A DNA stretch of 64,000 bases from Candidatus Roizmanbacteria bacterium RIFCSPHIGHO2_02_FULL_37_13b (GTDB lineage: Bacteria > Patescibacteriota > Microgenomatia > UBA1406 > HO2-37-13b): contig MFZK01000003.1 of assembly GCA_001789395.1 (NCBI GenBank), positions 48,390-112,389 on the forward strand. Reading direction: 5' to 3'. The notes beneath the pieces are model-generated. The model had not been told where the DNA came from, did not search any database, and worked only from the letters and a program-made list of their open reading frames with translations. Shown piece by piece: positions 31,472-39,803 of the stretch. Every line of letters begins with the position of its first letter. The stretch's first letter is position 1. A program made the position numbers and the translations under genes.

Positions 31472-33258
31472 GAGTTGCCGATTATATTATTGATTTCATC
31501 TATAAGAAAGGCGCTTCGTACATTTTCACCCTGGCCGGTGGAGGAGCAATGTTTTTAAATGACGCTGTCTACTGTCATAAAAAAATCAAATATATCTGCA
31601 ATCACCATGAGCAGGCATCAGCTTTTGCCGCCGAGGCATATGCAAAAACAAATAATAAAATTGGGGCTGTCATGGTCACTTCAGGTCCCGGGAGCACCAA
31701 CGCCATTACCGGCCTTTTGGAAGCTTGGCAAAATTCGATTCCTTGCATATTTATATCCAGTCAGGCTAAACGTCAGCAGATGGTATACTTTTCTACCGTC
31801 AAAAACATCAGACAACTGGGGGTACAGGAACTTAATATTATCCCCATCGTCAAACCACTTACTAAATATGCGGCTGAGGTTGAGACTGTTGAAAGCATCC
31901 GATTTCATCTGGAAAAAGCCTTTTTTTTAGCTAAATCCGGCCGACCCGGACCTGTCTGGCTTGATATCCCACCTGATATTGCAACTGCGAAAGTCAAAGC
32001 TAATGAGCTAATCGGATTTAATAACAAAAAAACTTCGAACAAACCTTTAGCATCGTCTCATGATTTTGCTTCTGTATTAAACATGTTAAAAAAGTCACAA
32101 AAACCACTGATTATTGCAGGTGGTGGTATTCGACTTTCTGACTCAGTAGCGGAATTTAGAGAATTATTGCATTCGCTTAACGTCCCTGTCGTTGTCCCGG
32201 ATATGGGATTGGATTTACTTGAGTTTACTCACCCGTGTTATATCGGCACGGGTGGTACCAAAGGCCAGCGTGCTGCTAATATCGCGATGCAAAATGCGGA
32301 TTTGATCCTTGTGATTGGAAGCCGTCTGGCTATCCCATTTACCGGACATGAATATGACCGTTTTGCTCCTAATGCAAAAAAAATAGTAATTGACATTGAC
32401 AAAATTGAACACAAGAAAAAAACAATAAAAATTGACTTTTTTATTCATTCTGATGCCAAATATTTCATCGCCAATCTCAACAAAAAAGTAAAGAATATAA
32501 AATTCAAATTCAGGGATAATTGGCTAAAAAAATGTATTGCTTTAAAAAATAAATATACAGATCTTTTTCCAACATGGCAAAGTGAAAAAAATAAAATCAA
32601 TATGTATGAAGCGTTTAGCAAGATATCTGATTTTTCCAGTCAAGGTGATATCTTTACTTTTGATGCCGGTGTTACAGCATATGTCGCTACACAAACATTA
32701 AAAATTAAAAAAGATCAACGAGCGATAATACCGGGAGCAACATTAACCATGGGTTATAATCTACCGGCAATTATTGGCATTTGGGCAGCTACCCCAAAAT
32801 CAAACATTATTTGCATTACGGGTGATGGATCATTTCAGATGAATATCCATGAATTACAAACAATAGTACATCATAAAATTCCGGCAAAAATTTTTATTAT
32901 CAACAATCAAGGATATTTAGCAATCCGTACGACACAAAAAAATTTCTTTTCTGGCCGGCTTATCGGTGAAGGCATTAAATCAGGAGTATCTTTTCCCGAT
33001 ACGGAAAAAATTGCCAAAGCCTATGATATTAAGTTTTTTAAAATTAACAAGAATCAAGAATTAAATACCATTATTCCAAAAGTACTCCGGTATAAAGGTA
33101 CTGCCATATGTGAAATTATCTGCCCGACATGGCAAGACATTCTGACTACTTCTTCAAAACAACTACCAGATGGACGGATGGTTTCTTTGCCACTCGACGA
33201 AATGTCTCCTTTTTTACCTGAAGATGAAATGACTGAAATAAAAAATAGTTTATCCTAG
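31468..33258 (+). CDS. Thiamine-diphosphate-dependent enzyme, acetolactate-synthase-like (paralog of 25744..27525)
   Basis: VADYIIDFIYKKGASYIFTLAGGG...HEQASAFAAEAYA...TSGPGSTNAITG; ThDP motif GDGSFQMNIHEL...NNQGY. Confidence 0.75.
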   Translation: MRVADYIIDFIYKKGASYIFTLAGGGAMFLNDAVYCHKKIKYICNHHEQASAFAAEAYAKTNNKIGAVMVTSGPGSTNAITGLLEAWQNSIPCIFISSQAKRQQMVYFSTVKNIRQLGVQELNIIPIVKPLTKYAAEVETVESIRFHLEKAFFLAKSGRPGPVWLDIPPDIATAKVKANELIGFNNKKTSNKPLASSHDFASVLNMLKKSQKPLIIAGGGIRLSDSVAEFRELLHSLNVPVVVPDMGLDLLEFTHPCYIGTGGTKGQRAANIAMQNADLILVIGSRLAIPFTGHEYDRFAPNAKKIVIDIDKIEHKKKTIKIDFFIHSDAKYFIANLNKKVKNIKFKFRDNWLKKCIALKNKYTDLFPTWQSEKNKINMYEAFSKISDFSSQGDIFTFDAGVTAYVATQTLKIKKDQRAIIPGATLTMGYNLPAIIGIWAATPKSNIICITGDGSFQMNIHELQTIVHHKIPAKIFIINNQGYLAIRTTQKNFFSGRLIGEGIKSGVSFPDTEKIAKAYDIKFFKINKNQELNTIIPKVLRYKGTAICEIICPTWQDILTTSSKQLPDGRMVSLPLDEMSPFLPEDEMTEIKNSLS

Positions 33259-34034
33259 GACCAGATCTTCCACGGAGCTCTGCTTGAAAACCAAAGCTTA
33301 TTAAGACTTTCCACTTCTTTGTAAGTATCCATACAAAACCAAAAACCATTGTGTTTGAAGAGTGATAATTGTCTTTCCTTAACTAATCTAGCCAATGCTA
33401 AATGTTCGGTTTCTCGTGGCCGAAAATAATTAAAAACGCGTTTATCAAATACCATAAATCCACCATTTACCCAATCTGAAAGAACCGGCTTCTCAACAAA
33501 ATTTATCACGGCATCATGGCTGTCGACTTGTGATGAACCATATCTTGATCTGGGATGAACCCCTGTAATCGTGCCGATTCTTTTATTTCTCTTATGGAAT
33601 TTCAATAGATTATCTATATCCAGATCAATAACTCCATCTCCATAAGTCACCATAAAATACTTATCTCTCTTTGGAATATATTTCTGACATAATAATATAC
33701 GCTCTCCGGGTAAGGTCTTAAGTCCGGTATCGACAAAGGTGATTCGAAAATCATCGATTTCCATACGATCTTCCAAAAAATATTTTGTCTTATAATTTCT
33801 TGTGTTTAAAGAAAAGTTTGAAGTCAATGCTTTTTGATTGAGAAAATAACTCTTGATGAAATCACCTTTATATCCCAAGGCTAAAATAAACTCGTTGAAA
33901 CCATAATATGCATATATTTTCATAATATGCCAAATGATGGGTTTTCCACCGATAAAAACCATCGGCTTCGGTTTAAATTCGGTTTCTTCTTTAAGTCGGG
34001 TTCCTTCACCGCCGCAAAGAATTATTGTTTTCAT
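33255..34034 (-). CDS. rfbF: Glucose-1-phosphate cytidylyltransferase
   Basis: MKTIILCGGEGTRLKEETEFKPKPMVFIGGKPIIWHIMKIYAYYGFNEFILALGYKG closely matches the RfbF/DdhA N-terminus. Confidence 0.8.
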   Translation of the reverse strand: MKTIILCGGEGTRLKEETEFKPKPMVFIGGKPIIWHIMKIYAYYGFNEFILALGYKGDFIKSYFLNQKALTSNFSLNTRNYKTKYFLEDRMEIDDFRITFVDTGLKTLPGERILLCQKYIPKRDKYFMVTYGDGVIDLDIDNLLKFHKRNKRIGTITGVHPRSRYGSSQVDSHDAVINFVEKPVLSDWVNGGFMVFDKRVFNYFRPRETEHLALARLVKERQLSLFKHNGFWFCMDTYKEVESLNKLWFSSRAPWKIWS

Positions 34035-34084
34035 ATAAGTAATATCTTAAAGTATTATAATTAACTTATCAAAAAAAGCAATTT

Positions 34085-34960
34085 ATGAGTAATAAAACCA
34101 AAGCATTACTTGTATTATTTTTTGGAATAATTATCGGTGCGCCGTCGCCTGCATTGACTAAAATAGGTTTAAAAGAAATTCCTCCGTATACATTCACCTT
34201 TATCAGATTTATTATTTCATCTATTTTTATTATTCCATTTTTCTTAAAACAAAGAATTGTCTTAAATAAATCCTTAATAAAATTATTGTTATTTTCATTT
34301 TTACCGATCATAAATATTATTTTTTATGTTCAGGGTATAAAAATAACAACCGCCAATAGTACGATGCTAATTCAATCTGTCATACCAATCATTACGGCGA
34401 TTTTTTCATTCATTGTCATTAAGGAAAAAATTAGCAATATTAAATGGCTGGCAATATCTTTTGGTCTTCTTGGTACCTGGTATACAATCCTCCTGCCTGC
34501 GATCGAGACAAATTCCATCTCCGGTAACATGTACGGAAATATATTAATTCTCTTGGGAGCAATTGTCTATTGTCTTTATATGGTTTTGTTAAAAAAGGCA
34601 CAACGAACACATTCAATGATAACAATTGTTTCAATGATGATTTTTGCAGGTCTGTTAGTATTTTCTTTATTATCTTTAACTGAAAAATTTGATTATTCAT
34701 TAATGATGAACAACGTATCAAATCTGGCAAAATTATCATTATTTTACCTTGCATTGACCATAACTATTGGCAGTTATCTACTATCCCAGTATCGGATAAA
34801 ATTAGCAGGCCCTGTTGCAGCTTCATTGGATTTCTATTTGGGACCTCCGGTTGGATATTTATTTTCATATATCTTACTTGGTGAGATTTTAACTCCAGGC
34901 CTTTTAATTGGTACAATCCTTGTATTAACCAGCGTTGTTTTTGTTACATATAGTAAATGA
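34085..34960 (+). CDS. EamA/DMT-superfamily transporter
   Basis: 10 TM helices in two EamA repeats. Confidence 0.7.
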   Translation: MSNKTKALLVLFFGIIIGAPSPALTKIGLKEIPPYTFTFIRFIISSIFIIPFFLKQRIVLNKSLIKLLLFSFLPIINIIFYVQGIKITTANSTMLIQSVIPIITAIFSFIVIKEKISNIKWLAISFGLLGTWYTILLPAIETNSISGNMYGNILILLGAIVYCLYMVLLKKAQRTHSMITIVSMMIFAGLLVFSLLSLTEKFDYSLMMNNVSNLAKLSLFYLALTITIGSYLLSQYRIKLAGPVAASLDFYLGPPVGYLFSYILLGEILTPGLLIGTILVLTSVVFVTYSK

Positions 34961-34966
34961 CTAACT

Positions 34967-35833
34967 ATGTTTAATCCATCATCTATCGCGATCGCTCTGA
35001 TTACGTATTACCCAAAGTGGTATCGCGGAAAACTTCGCAGCCTTGGGGCTACCGATAAAATACGCGGTGATTTAGCATTGAGGACGGTTGAACAAGGCGT
35101 CAAAAAAGGTTATCAAATAATAATTGTTGATGGTACCAGTTCCAGGAGTTTCAAGACAGATCTCCGACGTTTCTCATCAGTTCATTTGATCAAAAGACGC
35201 ATCAATAAAGCTTCTCCAGCCAAGAGACAAGCGATAAAGCGAGCAGCCAGTATAGATGGAGTGAAAGCAATTGTTTTAATGGAACCGGAAAAAACTGATT
35301 TGATAGAGAATCATATCGAAATGATAGTCAAACCAATATTGAAAAATTATGCCGACATTGTTATACCGTGTAGAAATGATGACTTTTTTCGAAAAACTTA
35401 TCCTGACTATATGTATAAGTCAGAAGTCGAAGGAAACTTTATGTATAACCAAATATTAAAGTCGACCAATTTTCTTCAAAAAAAAGCGAGTGATTTTGAT
35501 TTTTTCTTTGGTCCCCGGGCATTTAAAAATGAAAGGGGAGTGGTAAAGCTATTTCTAAAAAAGGCAAAATTAAAAATTAATAATGAGATTATAAATAAAT
35601 TAATCATTGATCCGGAAATATATTCTAATAGCCTGTATTACTCGGTAATTCAAGCTCTGAAGAAGAAATTAAAGGTACTCAGCATAGAAATTCCATTTAA
35701 ATATCCAACCATTCAAAAAGAAAATGAAGAAAAAGGAGACCGAGATTTTTTTATGGAAAAACGTAATAATCAACAACTTCGACTGATAGTGGAACTTCTG
35801 TGTTTTATGAATCGAGAGTATAAACAAGTTTGA
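34967..35833 (+). CDS. Hypothetical protein, possibly a nucleotide-diphospho-sugar transferase-like fold
   Basis: SIAIALITYYP...IIIVDGTS resembles a GT-A N-terminus, but no clear DxD motif; soluble. Confidence 0.4.
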   Translation: MFNPSSIAIALITYYPKWYRGKLRSLGATDKIRGDLALRTVEQGVKKGYQIIIVDGTSSRSFKTDLRRFSSVHLIKRRINKASPAKRQAIKRAASIDGVKAIVLMEPEKTDLIENHIEMIVKPILKNYADIVIPCRNDDFFRKTYPDYMYKSEVEGNFMYNQILKSTNFLQKKASDFDFFFGPRAFKNERGVVKLFLKKAKLKINNEIINKLIIDPEIYSNSLYYSVIQALKKKLKVLSIEIPFKYPTIQKENEEKGDRDFFMEKRNNQQLRLIVELLCFMNREYKQV

Positions 35834-35863
35834 CTTTTTCAGATATTTTCCAAACGCTATATA

Positions 35864-36292
35864 TCACTTTATATTTTCTGCTTCCTGAACCATTTCATAA
35901 GTTAAATAAAGCGTCTTCATTTTTTTTATTTCCTGTATTGTTAGCCATTTATATTCGGATGATTCATGATTGAGCACAATATTTTGTCTATCAAATTTCA
36001 TTCTGCATAAAAAACATAGGAAGACTCCATGCCACTTGTTGTTTCTCACCTGATGATGAACTTTAGGAATTAATGATGCAATCTCGACATCTATTCCAAG
36101 CTCTTCAAGAAGCTCTCTAACCAAAGCTTGCTCAACACTTTCTCCAAATTCCAATTCTCCACCGGGTAGCTGCCAAAGACCGTTGTAAGGGGATTTGGAT
36201 GATTTCTTATCGCGCCTTTTAGTCAGTAAATATTTATCATTCTTTCTAATTATCCCCAAAACTACGATTTTTATTCGTCCTTTATTTATCAT
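35864..36292 (-). CDS. NUDIX hydrolase
   Basis: Nudix box GGELEFGESVEQALVRELLEELGI. Confidence 0.75.
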   Translation of the reverse strand: MINKGRIKIVVLGIIRKNDKYLLTKRRDKKSSKSPYNGLWQLPGGELEFGESVEQALVRELLEELGIDVEIASLIPKVHHQVRNNKWHGVFLCFLCRMKFDRQNIVLNHESSEYKWLTIQEIKKMKTLYLTYEMVQEAENIK

Positions 36293-36363
36293 AAATAAAG
36301 CTTAATTATAACATTTTAAACTTCATGCATTTTGATTTTTTCGCAACAGTATGCTATTCTTAA

Positions 36364-37128
36364 TTGCATATGGAAAATAAACATTATGATCTAAAACCTA
36401 TTTTAACCTATTTGACGATCATAATAATTTCGCTCATCGCCTTACAATTAATTAAATCTCTCGATATATCATATCCGATTACGATCACAACAACGACTAA
36501 ATCTTCCGAGCTTGCAGTTGTAGGAGAAGGCAAGCTTGATATCGTACCGGATATCGCCTATGTAGATGCCGGAATAACCGTCAACGCAGCCGATTCGGTT
36601 CAAATTGCCAAAGATACAATTAATTCCACTAATAATAAAATAGTAGAATCATTGAAAAATTTAGGGATCAGAAAAGAAGATATTAAAACTTCAAATTATT
36701 CTATTTATCCTGATTACTCTTATGATAATAATGTTAATAAAATTAGAGGTTATACGGGAAATGCTACTGTATCTATTACTGTTCGTGATATAAATCAAGT
36801 ACCTCAAGTTATTGAAAAAGCGACTCAAGCAGGAGCAAATCAGGTAAATGGAGCCAGATTCAGCATTGAAAAGCCTGAAAATTACCGAGAAAAAGTTCGT
36901 GATATGGCAATTACCAATGCAAAAGAACAAGCTTTAAAATTAGCTAAAAATTTAGGCATTCGATTAGGTCGAATCACCAATATTGTTGAATCATCACCTG
37001 ATAACACTTATATGCCTTACGCAATGAAATCACTTCCCATGGGTGGAGGTGGTGGAGGACCAGCTGAAATGGAACCGGGTACTCAAACAGTGACATCAAC
37101 CGTGACTCTTTATTTTGAAAAGAAATAA
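36364..37128 (+). CDS. SIMPL-domain (DUF541) periplasmic/lipoprotein-like protein
   Basis: N-terminal TM/signal; then AVVGEGKLDIVPDIAYVDAGIT...ARFSIE, typical of SIMPL/26-kDa periplasmic immunogenic proteins; C-terminal Gly run. Confidence 0.7.
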   Translation: MHMENKHYDLKPILTYLTIIIISLIALQLIKSLDISYPITITTTTKSSELAVVGEGKLDIVPDIAYVDAGITVNAADSVQIAKDTINSTNNKIVESLKNLGIRKEDIKTSNYSIYPDYSYDNNVNKIRGYTGNATVSITVRDINQVPQVIEKATQAGANQVNGARFSIEKPENYREKVRDMAITNAKEQALKLAKNLGIRLGRITNIVESSPDNTYMPYAMKSLPMGGGGGGPAEMEPGTQTVTSTVTLYFEKK

Positions 37129-38145
37129 TTAGACTAATTTATTTTCCTCAGGATTCATCAATAATTCAGCGATTGCTTTTGAGAGAGGTTGTTTTGTCAG
37201 ATTTTCGATCCATAAATATTGACCATTGGGATTCAATTCAAAAAAAACGTACTTTCCCTCAGGCGTTACAGCCATATCGATGGTACCAAATTGCAGGTGG
37301 TAATGACGTAGTAAATCCAAACAACCTTTCTCAATTTCTATGGGCAATATGTAAACTGAATGTTTTATATTCTCCGGTATTTCTCTTCTCCAATCTGTCT
37401 TACCAAGCTTAGTTGATTGTGAATCAAGTGCTGTTGCAAAAACTTTTTTCCCGATTATAGTTATCCGTAATTCAATTTTCTTCTCAATCTCTTCTTGTAA
37501 AAAAAGCGGATAATCAATAGGCTTTAATTTATGATAGTTAACAAATTTGTTTTTTGTGATCGGTATTGTAAAAAATAAACGTGAATATTTTCCATATCTA
37601 ATCTGAGACGTTACGATATTTTTTATAACCGCTTTACCATCGTGATTGCTAATAAATGATAATAAACTATCATAGTCAGCCGAAATTAATGTCTCCGGTA
37701 TTGAAAATCCAAGTTTATTTGCTGTATTTAGTTGATCAAGCTTATTTGAAGATAGCATTAATAAATCAATACTGTTAATGATAAAAATGCCTTTTTTTTG
37801 CGCCTCATTCATAATTCCTCTTGAAAACATTGCAATAATTTCGTTTCTTTTGTACATTATCGACATCATCTTATCAGGATCATGATCGTGTTGGTCTTCA
37901 CTTTCTAACCAAAGATGAGGTTTTCTAAACCATAGGCCTGAAAAATCATTTAAAGTATATTTTTTTACTCGTAAGACAAAGGTTAAAGGCTCATTTTCTT
38001 TGGGATTATATTCCACATACTGATTTTTTCCAAACATATTTGCATACAATGCAATTGAATTTTTTCCATTTTTATTAAGAATCTCGAGAACTCGATCTAT
38101 ATGAGGATCTGGATATGATGTAAGTATAAGAATGGATTTTTTCAT
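37129..38145 (-). CDS. Microviridin-type (graspetide) ATP-grasp macrocyclase, MdnC/MvdD family
   Basis: C-terminal block IELRITIIGKKVFATALDSQ...KTDWRRE...FGTIDMAVTPEGKYVFFELNPNGQYLWIE...LSKAIAELL closely parallels the MdnC signature (LELRITIVG...IDWRKE...GAIDMIVTPD.RYIFLEINPVGEFFWLE...ISQAIAEIL). The N-terminal MKKSILILTSYPDPHIDRV pre-ATP-grasp leader-binding domain is present. Start chosen at internal Met (alternative 38196). Confidence 0.7.
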   Translation of the reverse strand: MKKSILILTSYPDPHIDRVLEILNKNGKNSIALYANMFGKNQYVEYNPKENEPLTFVLRVKKYTLNDFSGLWFRKPHLWLESEDQHDHDPDKMMSIMYKRNEIIAMFSRGIMNEAQKKGIFIINSIDLLMLSSNKLDQLNTANKLGFSIPETLISADYDSLLSFISNHDGKAVIKNIVTSQIRYGKYSRLFFTIPITKNKFVNYHKLKPIDYPLFLQEEIEKKIELRITIIGKKVFATALDSQSTKLGKTDWRREIPENIKHSVYILPIEIEKGCLDLLRHYHLQFGTIDMAVTPEGKYVFFELNPNGQYLWIENLTKQPLSKAIAELLMNPEENKLV

Positions 38146-38183
38146 TAAGTCATTATTTAGAAAATAACAGGTGTTAAAAAAAA

Positions 38184-38588
38184 TCAAGGATCCCATGCGA
38201 CATCTTGACCTCCATCATCATGAGTTTCATCACCACCGTTATTATGTGTGTGGATTATTGTATCTGGTTTCGGTTTATAAGTCCAATCACCGTTTTCTGC
38301 TGTGTTTGAATATACAACTTTGTCTGCGTTTTGAAATATGATAGGCGCTACACTCATCGTAGTCGCTGAAGTTGGTTCTAATAGTTTGGCTGAAGCCGCC
38401 GAATCGGTAGTTGTATAAGGCGCAACAAAAGACGGATTACAATCAGATCGCACTGAATCAGTGCCTATCAATGGCGCTGAATCAATTACCATTCCATCGA
38501 CTAAAAGTAGCGATTCACCACCTACCCGTGTGGCTTGCCCAGCGACTCGTGGAGGAGTTTTTGTCTCAATCTCGACTGGTGGTGTCAT
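38184..38588 (-). CDS. Candidate graspetide precursor peptide (134 aa from the first ATG, or 57 aa from the internal Met at 38357)
   Basis: Immediately upstream of and co-directional with the ATP-grasp gene. No TM helix. C-terminal region rich in Thr/Lys/Asp/Glu (TAENGDWTYKPKPDTIIHTHNNGGDETHDDGGQDVAWDP), suitable for omega-ester/amide cross-links. Preceded by a consensus promoter. Confidence 0.4.
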   Translation of the reverse strand: MTPPVEIETKTPPRVAGQATRVGGESLLLVDGMVIDSAPLIGTDSVRSDCNPSFVAPYTTTDSAASAKLLEPTSATTMSVAPIIFQNADKVVYSNTAENGDWTYKPKPDTIIHTHNNGGDETHDDGGQDVAWDP

Positions 38589-38597
38589 ATTTAGCCT

Positions 38598-38626
38598 ATT
38601 GTAATACTCTTAATATCTCTTGTCAA
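38598..38626 (-). promoter_or_regulatory. Sigma70-like promoter for the precursor/ATP-grasp operon
   Basis: On the minus strand: TTGACA (38621-38626), a 17-nt spacer, TACAAT (38598-38603), and ~9 nt to the ATG at 38588. Confidence 0.45.
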
Positions 38627-38656
38627 TTCTTCCTATTCTATTATATGATATCGATA

Positions 38657-39625
38657 ATGAAAAAAATAATCATTATCACCGGACAAACTGCTACCGGAAA
38701 AACCTCTCTTGCGTTACAACTGGCAAAAGAAAAAAATGGTGAGCTAGTCAATTTTGACTCCAGACAAATGTATAAATATCTCACTATTATTACGGGAAAA
38801 GACATCAAGAAAAATTCGAAATTCAAAAGTCAAAAGTCAAAATTACAGCTTGAAAGTAAAAATTCATACGATATTGGATATTATAAAATTAACGGTATAA
38901 ATGTTTGGCTGTATGATGCGGTCGATCCAAAGCAAAATTTTTCGTCCTTTGATTTCAAAGAGTTGGCAGAAGTCGTCATTGAGGATATTCAAAAAAGAAA
39001 CAAAATTCCAATTCTCATCGGTGGAACTTATTTATATTTAAAACATTTGCTGTATGGTTTTGAAACTGAAAATATTCCACCCAATTGGCCATTAAGAAAA
39101 AAATTAAATAAAAAATCCCTCAAAGAATTGCAGAAACTGCTTAAGTCAATAAATTACCAAATGTTTCAACATTTAAATAATTCTGACAAAAACAATCCTC
39201 AAAGATTAATAAGAAAAATCGAAATCGCAACCAACCTAAATTTACCAGCAGTGCAAAAAAAATCACTTAAACCGAAGGTTCAGCCACTAACTAACCCCAC
39301 GGGTTATGTAGCTTTGAATCTTCGGATATATACCGGACTCAGATTTGCCAGCAATGACAAATTAAAGGTGGTCATTAAAAAGAGAGTATTAAAAAGATTG
39401 CAGCTTGGTGCCATCGATGAGGTTAAATCACTTCTAGATAAGGGATATAAAAAAACTGATCCCGGAATGAAAACCATCGGCTATCAACAAATTATCGAAT
39501 ATTTAGAAAAAAAAATCAGTAAGGAGAACGCGGTTAAAAAATGGATCACAGCTGAAATTCAATATGCAAAAAGACAATATACGTTTATGAAGAAAGATGA
39601 GAATATTGTTTGGAGATTGGTATAA
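38657..39625 (+). CDS. miaA: tRNA dimethylallyltransferase
   Basis: MKKIIIITGQTATGKTSLALQLAKE...VNFDSRQMYKYLTIITGK (P-loop, DSRQ motif). The start was reassigned from 38411 to the Met preceding the P-loop. Confidence 0.8.
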   Translation: MKKIIIITGQTATGKTSLALQLAKEKNGELVNFDSRQMYKYLTIITGKDIKKNSKFKSQKSKLQLESKNSYDIGYYKINGINVWLYDAVDPKQNFSSFDFKELAEVVIEDIQKRNKIPILIGGTYLYLKHLLYGFETENIPPNWPLRKKLNKKSLKELQKLLKSINYQMFQHLNNSDKNNPQRLIRKIEIATNLNLPAVQKKSLKPKVQPLTNPTGYVALNLRIYTGLRFASNDKLKVVIKKRVLKRLQLGAIDEVKSLLDKGYKKTDPGMKTIGYQQIIEYLEKKISKENAVKKWITAEIQYAKRQYTFMKKDENIVWRLV

Positions 39626-39713
39626 ATTGAAGCTCCTAGGGCTAAAAGCCCTCGGATTCATTGAGACTTAAAGCTGAAATCCCACGGAGCGAAAGTCTCG
39701 ATTACCGCTTCAG

Positions 39714-39739
39714 CCGAGGGTTAATAACCCTTCGGTTTT
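39714..39739 (+). terminator. Rho-independent terminator candidate downstream of miaA
   Basis: Hairpin ccgaggg-ttaataa-cccttcgg followed by tttt. Confidence 0.45.
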
Positions 39740-39803
39740 CGTGGAGTGGGAATAAACTGTTACACGTTTCACGTAACGCGTTACACGTATCACATTACAC
39801 AAA

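Noticed and set aside
34967-35833. CMP-nonulosonic acid synthetase (the NeuA/LegF missing from the NulO module)
   Set aside because: It lacks the N-terminal IPAR-GSKG-KN cytidylyltransferase motif and shows only a vague GT-A-like N-terminus.
38184-38588. Dismissing the 134-aa GC-rich ORF as a shadow of the plus strand
   Set aside because: No competing plus-strand ORF covers it, since miaA starts at 38657. It has a consensus promoter and sits exactly where a graspetide precursor is expected, so it was kept as a low-confidence feature rather than rejected.
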